Shown here in pieces: positions 36,856-44,000 of a stretch of 64,000 bases of DNA (positions are counted from its first letter, which is position 1; every line of letters starts with the position of its first letter). The notes under the pieces are model-generated. The model made no database searches. It had not been told where the DNA came from and was given only the letters and a program-made list of their open reading frames with translations. Source of the DNA: an uncultured Pseudomonadota bacterium (GTDB lineage Bacteria > Babelota > Babeliae > Babelales > CAIQNR01); assembly GCA_964433415.1 (NCBI GenBank), contig CAYSQM010000005.1, forward strand, positions 10,449-74,448, in the 5' to 3' direction. Position numbers and translations under genes: made by a program.

Positions 36856-38052
36856 ATGAATAAAAATATCATTTTGCATCTTTCGCTTATTTCGGGAGTT
36901 GGCCCTGCAACAGTTGAAAGACTGATTCAGGTACTTTCTGAAACAGCCCATGAAGCAACCCAGAAAAATATATATAAATGGCAATTACATGATTTTTTGC
37001 GTGTTGGTATTTCAGAAAAAAATGCCTACGCATTAATTACAGGATTAGCTGATAAAACAGTACTAGATAAAGAATTATCGCTTATTGAAGAGCATGGTGT
37101 TAATTGGATAACAGTATTTGATGATGAGTATCCGGAGTTATTAAACACTATCCATTTACCGCCTGTTGTACTCTATTGGTTTGGACCATTAACCACTCTT
37201 TTGCCTTCTAAGAAAGCAGTTGCATTAGTTGGTGCACGTAAAGCAAATGCCTATGGTAAGAAGATAGTCCATATGTTGGTTCCATCTTTGGTGGAAGCTG
37301 GTTGTGTAACTATTAGTGGTGGGGCTTATGGCATTGATGAGTTTGCTCATGAAACTACTATTAAAAGTGGTGGTAAAACGGTGGTGGTGCTTGGTTCTGG
37401 GCTTTTAAATCTTTATCCATCAGGTAATAAAAAATTATTTGAACAAGTTATTAAAAATGGTAGCGTGTTATTGAGTTCATTTCCTTTAACAATGAATGCA
37501 TTACCAGGAAATTTTCCTGCACGTAATCGGATAATAGCAGGCTTATCTCATATGACTATAGTAGTTCAAGCGGCTCAAAAAAGTGGTTCTCTTATTACGG
37601 CACGTTTTGCTTTGGATCAGGGACGTTTGGTTGGGGCAGTGCCCGGCTTAATTGATGATGAATTAAGTCAGGGACCACATAAATTATTAGCATCAGGGGC
37701 ACGTCTTATTGGGAGTGTAGATGATATTTTTGATGAATTAGGGGAGTATCAATTTATTAAAAAGTCTTTGATTGATGAAAAATCTAGTGAAAAGCATGAA
37801 AAGTTAGTAAAAAAAATTAATCAAGAAGCAGCTCAGTTAAACTGTTTTGTTGGTAATTCTGTCAGCGGTTCAGTGGCTGGCCAGGTAATTATAGGGGACC
37901 CTATAGTTTATGCTTGTCGTACTCCTAAAGGGGTTGATGAGCTTGTTAAAGAGCTTGGAATAGTTGAAACTGAGCTTAAGGATAGGTTGTTTATGTTACA
38001 ACTTGAAGGTGAAATTGAACAAAATTTTGCGGGTCTTTGGTATAAGATTTAA
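36856..38052 (+). CDS. dprA: DNA processing/protecting protein DprA (Smf)
   Basis: 398 aa. It has a Rossmann-like DprA core (VALVGARKANAYGK, SGGAYGIDEFAHE, NFPARNRIIAGLS, VVQAAQKSGSLITA) and a C-terminal winged-helix-like domain. Confidence 0.85.
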   Translation: MNKNIILHLSLISGVGPATVERLIQVLSETAHEATQKNIYKWQLHDFLRVGISEKNAYALITGLADKTVLDKELSLIEEHGVNWITVFDDEYPELLNTIHLPPVVLYWFGPLTTLLPSKKAVALVGARKANAYGKKIVHMLVPSLVEAGCVTISGGAYGIDEFAHETTIKSGGKTVVVLGSGLLNLYPSGNKKLFEQVIKNGSVLLSSFPLTMNALPGNFPARNRIIAGLSHMTIVVQAAQKSGSLITARFALDQGRLVGAVPGLIDDELSQGPHKLLASGARLIGSVDDIFDELGEYQFIKKSLIDEKSSEKHEKLVKKINQEAAQLNCFVGNSVSGSVAGQVIIGDPIVYACRTPKGVDELVKELGIVETELKDRLFMLQLEGEIEQNFAGLWYKI

Positions 38053-38261
38053 TGCTGATAATGGTTTTCGCGATTGTTTTTTGCTTTTTTTGCCTCTTTT
38101 GTGTATCTTTTTCTACAATTGAGTTTTGATGAAAAGTAGCGGTCTTGGTTAAATGAATAAAGGCTTACACTTGTCATCTTGAGGTAACGAAGAATCGAAA
38201 TATTTTTTTGATGTTAAATAGTACAGAGTTTATTTGATTACAAGACAACAAGGAGTTTGTC

Positions 38262-38543
38262 ATGACAGTACCAAAACGTAAACGTTCCCGAGCTCGTAGG
38301 GATAAACGTTTTGCTAATAAAGCATTAGCAGTAAGAATGTTCACCACTTGTGGTAATTGCACTGAAATTCTTATGCCTCACCAAGTATGTAAGGCTTGTG
38401 GGCATTACAAAGGACGTAAAATAGTTGAAACAAAGACTGAACGTGAATCAAAGCGTACTGGTCTACGTACAGAAATTGCTGCTAAAGTAGCAAAGCGTGC
38501 GGGAAGTTCAGAAGCATTAGATGCATCAGCTCAAAACGCATAA
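38262..38543 (+). CDS. rpmF: 50S ribosomal protein L32 with a C-terminal extension of about 35 aa
   Basis: It begins MTVPKRKRSRARRDKR and has a zinc-ribbon CGNC...CKACG pattern. At 93 aa it is longer than the usual length of about 57-60 aa. Confidence 0.85.
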   Translation: MTVPKRKRSRARRDKRFANKALAVRMFTTCGNCTEILMPHQVCKACGHYKGRKIVETKTERESKRTGLRTEIAAKVAKRAGSSEALDASAQNA

Positions 38544-38613
38544 GTTTTAAGGTGATGGTTAAGTAAAAAAAAAGAGAGTAGAGTTCAATAATATTAATAT
38601 TGAAGGTCAAGCA

Positions 38614-39321
38614 ATGGTACGTGAATTGGTAGTTGGATGGTTTGGTGATACAGTACGTGCAACAAAAAAACGTAAATATGTAGTGTATGCAGGGGCTGGA
38701 TTATTAACGTTATTATTGATATTTGGCGTCTGGAAAGGTAAAAACTGGTATGTTGCTCACCGTGAAGGTAAAGCTCAGCTTGCTTTTTCAGATGCATTAG
38801 ATAGTTATCAAGCAGCACTGTATTATGCGGTTGCAAAACCGGAAGATAAAGATGCGGTAGCGGATCATATTAAAGATGCTTTAGTAGATTTTACTTCCGT
38901 GATTCAAAAACATTCAGGTTCGGCATTATCTAATTATGTCCAAGCATTTATAGCTGACTTGTATACCTTAAATGGTGAGCATGACAGGGCACTTGAAACG
39001 TTAGAAAAAGCATTAACTCATATGAGTAACAATTCACCATTGTATGGTGTTTATAAAACTAAAGCGGCTTTGTTATTATTTGATAATGGTAGAGAGGCTG
39101 AAGGTATTGCAGCTTTGCAAGCATTAATGATTGATCAGAAAAACAAACAAAGTGATGATGCAGCTTATTATTTAGGTTCTTATTATTGGTCAAAACAACA
39201 GTATCAAGAAGCAGCTCAAGCATGGGGGCGCTTTAAGCAAGAAACTATAGAAACGCAAGAGAGAGATTCTGTTTCTCCGTGGGCTATGGTAGTTCAACAA
39301 AAACTTGCACAAGTTAAGTAA
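38614..39321 (+). CDS. membrane-anchored TPR-like protein (YfgM-like architecture)
   Basis: 235 aa. One N-terminal TM (YAGAGLLTLLLIFGVW) is followed by helical repeats with TPR-like A/Y/L spacing. Confidence 0.5.
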   Translation: MVRELVVGWFGDTVRATKKRKYVVYAGAGLLTLLLIFGVWKGKNWYVAHREGKAQLAFSDALDSYQAALYYAVAKPEDKDAVADHIKDALVDFTSVIQKHSGSALSNYVQAFIADLYTLNGEHDRALETLEKALTHMSNNSPLYGVYKTKAALLLFDNGREAEGIAALQALMIDQKNKQSDDAAYYLGSYYWSKQQYQEAAQAWGRFKQETIETQERDSVSPWAMVVQQKLAQVK

Positions 39322-39339
39322 TTAAAAAAGGAACTTGAC

Positions 39340-40779
39340 ATGACAAAAGAACAAAAAGTTCGTGTTCGCTTTGCACCATCACCAACAGGGAATCTCCATA
39401 TTGGTGGGTTAAGAACAGCACTTTTTAATATTTTGTTCGCTCGTCATATCAAGGGGGCTTTTTTAATTCGTATTGAAGATACAGATCTAGAACGTTCTAG
39501 TCAGGAGTATGTTAATTCTCAATTGGCATCACTTTCTTGGGCTGGAATTACAAGCGATGAACCATTGGTTTATCAGTCTCAGCGTACTGCTATTTATAAC
39601 ACGGTATTAGATGATCTTTTTACGCGTAAAAAGATCTATCGTTGTGTGTGTTTGCCAGAAGAAATAGAGGCTCGTGTTCGTGCTTCTGGGGTGACTGATC
39701 AATTTTATAAGTATGATGGTCATTGTAAAAATAAAATTATTCAATCCGATAGCTCTAAGCCATTTGTTATTCGATTTGCTTTGCCATCTGACCAAGATCG
39801 AATTGTTATTAATGATTTAATTTATGGCGAGCTAGTTTTTGAAATAGCTCAATTAGATGATTTTATTATTATTCGTTCTGATGGAACTCCCACCTATAAT
39901 TTTGTCGTGATTGTTGACGATCATGCTATGTTTATTACGCATGTTGTACGTGGTGCTGACCATATTTCAAATACTCCAAAACAGGTTTTATTGTATCAAG
40001 CATGTGGTTATACGCCACCTTTATTTGGGCATATTCCGATTATTGTTAATGCTGATGGAACTAAAATGAGTAAACGTGATGGTGCAGTAGATGTTTTGAA
40101 TTATAAGGCAGAGGGGTATGTTTCTGATGCATTTATTAATTATATTGTCCGTTTAGGATGGGCACATGGTGATCAAGAAATTTTTACTCGTCAAGAATTA
40201 ATTGATAGTTTCACTTTAGAAGCTGTTGGCAAAAAGGCTGCAGTTTTTGATGTTCAAAAATTACAATGGCTTAATGGTCTTTATATTCGCGCAATGAGTG
40301 CAACAGCTTTGCGTACTACTCTATTAAATGAGGTAGATCCAGAATTTGATACACGTTATTCTAAAGGGTTGTCTTGGACAACTGAGCAGCTTGAAACAGC
40401 TATTGAGTTGTATAAAGAACGGGTAAAAACAGGAAAAGAACTTGTTGAAGCCCTTGATATACTTTATAAAGGTCCTACAGAATATGGGCATGATGATTAT
40501 AAGCAATGGATCAATAAGGAAGCAATCGATTTCCTTGGTTTAGTTGCTCAAACATTACAAAATCTTGTAAGCTTTTCTAGCAATGAAATTTCAGGTGCGC
40601 TGAAAGCATTATGTAAAGAGCATGATATAAAGCTTGTTACTATTGCACAACCGCTGCGTATTGCTCTTCTTGGCCATACATCAAGTCCTGGTATTTTTGA
40701 ATTAGTAGCATTTCTTGGTAAGTTAGAAAGTTTAGCACGAATTCATAGACTTCAACGATACGCAGAATCATATTCATAA
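39340..40779 (+). CDS. gltX: glutamyl-tRNA synthetase
   Basis: 479 aa with the class I motifs HIGG (PSPTGNLHIGGLRTALFN) and KMSKRDG. Confidence 0.92.
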   Translation: MTKEQKVRVRFAPSPTGNLHIGGLRTALFNILFARHIKGAFLIRIEDTDLERSSQEYVNSQLASLSWAGITSDEPLVYQSQRTAIYNTVLDDLFTRKKIYRCVCLPEEIEARVRASGVTDQFYKYDGHCKNKIIQSDSSKPFVIRFALPSDQDRIVINDLIYGELVFEIAQLDDFIIIRSDGTPTYNFVVIVDDHAMFITHVVRGADHISNTPKQVLLYQACGYTPPLFGHIPIIVNADGTKMSKRDGAVDVLNYKAEGYVSDAFINYIVRLGWAHGDQEIFTRQELIDSFTLEAVGKKAAVFDVQKLQWLNGLYIRAMSATALRTTLLNEVDPEFDTRYSKGLSWTTEQLETAIELYKERVKTGKELVEALDILYKGPTEYGHDDYKQWINKEAIDFLGLVAQTLQNLVSFSSNEISGALKALCKEHDIKLVTIAQPLRIALLGHTSSPGIFELVAFLGKLESLARIHRLQRYAESYS

Positions 40780-40844
40780 AAATTATTTCACCTAAGAATA
40801 GTGATAGCGGCTGTACAGTACAAGCAATAAGAAAGGGACGTCTT

Positions 40845-41858
40845 ATGAAAGTCGGCATTATATTTCCAGGGTATGGAAGTCAATTTATTGGAATGGGTAA
40901 GGAATTTTACGATAGCTCTCGAACCATGCAAGAAATGTTTGAAGAAGCTACACAATGTTTAGATCTTAATTTTACAAAACTTTGTTTTGGTTCGTCTTCG
41001 TCTGAACTTGCCAAGTTTGAAAAAGGGTATCTCGTTCTCTTTGCAACAACTTTTGCTATTGCACAGATTATGAAAGAACGGGGTATTAATATTTCATTAG
41101 TTGCAGGTTATGATATTGGTGAATATGCAGCAATTGCAGTTGGTTCTGGTATATCATTACCAGATGCTCTTTATTTGCTTACTAAATATGCAACAATGTT
41201 TAATGAACTTTTAGAAGAAAAAAAGTATGAATCTATCCGTGTGTGTGGTCTTTCAGAAGATGAACTAAGAAAAATATGTCTATTTTGTACTAATGGAAAC
41301 CAAGTTTCTTATATTTCTGTGCAGGAACTTGAAAATCAATTTGTAGTTTCTGGAACATTAGATTCTATGAATATGGTTGTTGACCATCTAAAAAAGAATA
41401 CAAAAGCACAAATATTACCGGCCCTTGTGGGAAGTGGATTACATTCACCTTTAATGGATGATGTGGTGAAAAAAATCAAAATGTATTTAGAAAAAGTAGA
41501 TTTTAAAACAGTTTCTATTCCTTTTGTTGCCAGTGTTACTGGGCAAGCACTTAAAGATGGCGATGCAGTTCGAGCAGCAGTTATGCAACAGATTCATGCA
41601 CCATTGCGCTGGCGTGAAACTATGGAAGCATTTGTCTATTGTGATGTTATTGTAACTATTGGTGACTGTGGTTTAACGAGAGAATTATGTGCACGGTTGT
41701 ATCCTGATAAAAAAGTTTTTTGTGTGGTTAAGCCAGAAGATCTTGATGAGCTTATCAAGTTATGCGGTACTATTTGTTGTCAAGAGAGAGCTCAAAATGA
41801 ATTAAAAGAACAGAGTAATGAGCAAGATAATAGTACGCATGAAACATTAAAGAATTAG
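40845..41858 (+). CDS. FabD (malonyl-CoA:ACP transacylase)-like protein with substituted catalytic residues
   Basis: 337 aa, collinear with E. coli FabD. It reads FPGYGSQ where FabD has FPGQGSQ, GYDIGEY where FabD has GHSLGEY, and LLTKYATMF where FabD has LVEMRGKFM. GLHSPLM retains the His. APLRW replaces NPVQW. A Q/E/N-rich tail of about 35 aa is added. Confidence 0.75.
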   Translation: MKVGIIFPGYGSQFIGMGKEFYDSSRTMQEMFEEATQCLDLNFTKLCFGSSSSELAKFEKGYLVLFATTFAIAQIMKERGINISLVAGYDIGEYAAIAVGSGISLPDALYLLTKYATMFNELLEEKKYESIRVCGLSEDELRKICLFCTNGNQVSYISVQELENQFVVSGTLDSMNMVVDHLKKNTKAQILPALVGSGLHSPLMDDVVKKIKMYLEKVDFKTVSIPFVASVTGQALKDGDAVRAAVMQQIHAPLRWRETMEAFVYCDVIVTIGDCGLTRELCARLYPDKKVFCVVKPEDLDELIKLCGTICCQERAQNELKEQSNEQDNSTHETLKN

Positions 41859-41867
41859 GAAATAGTT

Positions 41868-42101
41868 ATGGCAGATATTTCTGTGAAAATTTCACAAATA
41901 ATAGCACAAGTCTTACATAAAGGAGTTGGGGATCTTGAAATGGACACACTCTTTGCAGATCAAGGCATTGATGAATTTGATGTTATTGAAATTATTATGA
42001 AACTTGAAGATCATTTTGGAGTGATTATGGAAGAAGCTCAAGTTTCTGCTTTCAGTACCTTACAAGATATGATTGATCATGTTATAAATTTGGTTGAATA
42101 A
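41868..42101 (+). CDS. acyl carrier protein-like protein lacking the phosphopantetheine-attachment serine
   Basis: 77 aa, 9 bp after the fabD-like stop. FADQGIDEFDVIEIIMKLEDHFG aligns to E. coli AcpP [23 protein letters not shown], so the DSL Ser is Glu (codon GAA at the aligned position). Confidence 0.7.
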   Translation: MADISVKISQIIAQVLHKGVGDLEMDTLFADQGIDEFDVIEIIMKLEDHFGVIMEEAQVSAFSTLQDMIDHVINLVE

Positions 42102-42102
42102 A

Positions 42103-42157
42103 AATATTATTTAATAATTAGGTAGTTATCATAACTACCTAATTATTAAATAATATT
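42103..42157. terminator. 55-bp perfect palindrome (27-bp arms); probable bidirectional terminator
   Basis: The left arm AATATTATTTAATAATTAGGTAGTTAT, a central C, and the right arm ATAACTACCTAATTATTAAATAATATT form an exact reverse complement. It lies between convergent genes. Confidence 0.6.
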
Positions 42158-42206
42158 AAATATGTTTTATAATTTTTTATAAATTACATACCTTTATAAG
42201 TTAAAT

Positions 42207-43025
42207 TTATTGGAAAGTAATTGTTTCAATATAGTTTTTTATTTCATTGAGTATTTTTAATCCATTAGGTTGGGGTATGTATTCAAATGGATTATCATTC
42301 CATAGCTCATAAGGAAAGTATTTAATAATTCTTTCTTCTGGTCTGGCATTAGAGTATTTAGCAATAAAATTATAATAATCTCTATAAATTATTTTTTCTT
42401 GAGCCCATTCAGGCATGTTATGAATTAAAGATTCTTTTATTGGCATTACAAAAAAATAAAAATTGAATTTTTCATGTAAAACTTTTAAACCTATTTCTTT
42501 TCCTAGTCTTTCTGAATAATACTTTTCAAGTAAGTTCATAAAGCCTATTACAGTGTTTCCTGTAGCTATCATATCAATAATTACAATGTTTTTTTCGCTT
42601 TCACTGACTTCTATTGGATTAAGTCCAATAGAATCTAGATAATTATAAAATGATTCTTTTAAAGGTTTGAAATCTTTAAATAATAATGCTTGAGGTAGTG
42701 GCATCTGTCCACGACTTAATGCTATATGTTTATAATCTTCAGGTTGTGCTTGAACCATAAGTTGTAACATTGCAATTAAAGGAGCAGGGGTATTTCCAAG
42801 ACCATAGATAGTACAGCTTTTGTAGGGATAAAGATCAAATATTTCCTGAGTAATTAAAAGCATTTCATCTAAATCAGCTTGTTCAAAAAATGGTTTTTCA
42901 TCATTATTTTGTTCATCAAAATTTTGTTCAGATAATAATTCTCTGTAATTGATAAATATAGAATGTGTGTAGCTTGTAAACCCAAAAATTAATAATAATA
43001 AACTTAAATATTCTTTTTTTAACAT
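42207..43025 (-). CDS. hypothetical secreted protein with phosphoribosyltransferase-like PRPP-loop motif
   Basis: 272 aa with a signal-peptide-like N-terminus (LSLLLLIFGFTSYTHS). KNIVIIDMIATGNTV resembles the type I PRTase PRPP-binding motif (four hydrophobic residues, acidic, ..TGxT). The upstream TIYGLGNTPAPLIAML resembles the PPi loop. Confidence 0.5.
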   Translation of the reverse strand: MLKKEYLSLLLLIFGFTSYTHSIFINYRELLSEQNFDEQNNDEKPFFEQADLDEMLLITQEIFDLYPYKSCTIYGLGNTPAPLIAMLQLMVQAQPEDYKHIALSRGQMPLPQALLFKDFKPLKESFYNYLDSIGLNPIEVSESEKNIVIIDMIATGNTVIGFMNLLEKYYSERLGKEIGLKVLHEKFNFYFFVMPIKESLIHNMPEWAQEKIIYRDYYNFIAKYSNARPEERIIKYFPYELWNDNPFEYIPQPNGLKILNEIKNYIETITFQ

Positions 43026-43100
43026 AATAACCTCCTGATATATTATAATTCCATTTGAATTAAGTATAGCAGTAGGTTAATTTTATGCAACCGACAGTTT

Positions 43101-43817
43101 TTAGATATCGATGTTGCCTTTAAGGCTTTTAAGTTTTTCAATTTCTTTTATAGTAAGATAACGCCATTTTCCAGATAAAAGGCCACGTTTTGAAATACCA
43201 GCAAATGAAGCACGGTCAAGATGAATAATAGTATACCCCATAGATTCAAATAAGCGGCGTATAATTCTGTTTTTACCACTATGAATAGTTACTCGAACAC
43301 TATTGCGTTTAGGTGCTCTGGTGATCGCATCGACTTTAAGCGGACCATCTTTTAAGAAGACGCCTTTTTCTATTTTTTGAAAATGTTCATCAGAAAGATC
43401 ATGAGAAAGGGTTACTTGATAGATTTTTTTAGCTTCAAACTTTGGATGAGCAAGCTTATGGGTTAATTCACCATCATTAGTAAGTAACAAAATACCGGTT
43501 GTTTTTAAATCAAGACGACCAATAGGAAAAAGACGTGCTTTAATAGGAGCAATAAGATCAAGAACAGTAACCCGTCCTTTTTCGTCTTCAGCGCTTGTTA
43601 CCGCACCTTCAGGCTTATTAAGTACAACATAGACTGGATGAGCGTTCTTTAAAATTATAACTTCTTTTTTACAGCGTACAGTATCTTTTTCTTGAACTTG
43701 ATAGCTAGGTTTAAGTTGAGCCATATGATTAATAGTAATTTCTCCTGCCCTAATAAGCTCATCAGCTTTACGACGAGAACAAAAACCAGCATGAGAAATA
43801 TACACATTAAGACGCAT
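43101..43817 (-). CDS. rRNA pseudouridine synthase, RsuA/RluB family
   Basis: 238 aa. An N-terminal S4 domain (RLNVYISHAGFCSRRKADELI) is followed by the catalytic motif GRLDLKTTGILLLTNDG. Confidence 0.85.
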   Translation of the reverse strand: MRLNVYISHAGFCSRRKADELIRAGEITINHMAQLKPSYQVQEKDTVRCKKEVIILKNAHPVYVVLNKPEGAVTSAEDEKGRVTVLDLIAPIKARLFPIGRLDLKTTGILLLTNDGELTHKLAHPKFEAKKIYQVTLSHDLSDEHFQKIEKGVFLKDGPLKVDAITRAPKRNSVRVTIHSGKNRIIRRLFESMGYTIIHLDRASFAGISKRGLLSGKWRYLTIKEIEKLKSLKGNIDI

Positions 43818-43921
43818 TTTTACACCAATACAAAATTAAAAGAAACTAATGATATTATAGATGTTTTAAGTATAGATCTTTTTAGAATTTTTGCTAGGGA
43901 GGTTTTGGTAGAGAGGTGTTT

Positions 43922-43967
43922 AAGGTATAAAAAAGCCGAGACTAGAATCTCGGCTTTTTTATACCTT
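43922..43967. terminator. long hairpin terminator (20-bp arms) downstream of the 718-aa minus-strand gene
   Basis: AAGGTATAAAAAAGCCGAGA-CTAGAA-TCTCGGCTTTTTTATACCTT. The arms include A/T runs, so the hairpin works in both orientations. Confidence 0.7.
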
Positions 43968-44000
43968 AAAAGAAGTTTGTAAGCATCTATTATATTATTA

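Noticed and set aside
38052-38130. 25-codon hydrophobic ORF (MLIMVFAIVFCFFCLFCVSFSTIEF) between dprA and rpmF
   Set aside because: It has no RBS. The T-rich sequence is typical of intergenic or promoter DNA. A yceD/DUF177 gene, the usual rpmF neighbour, is simply absent.
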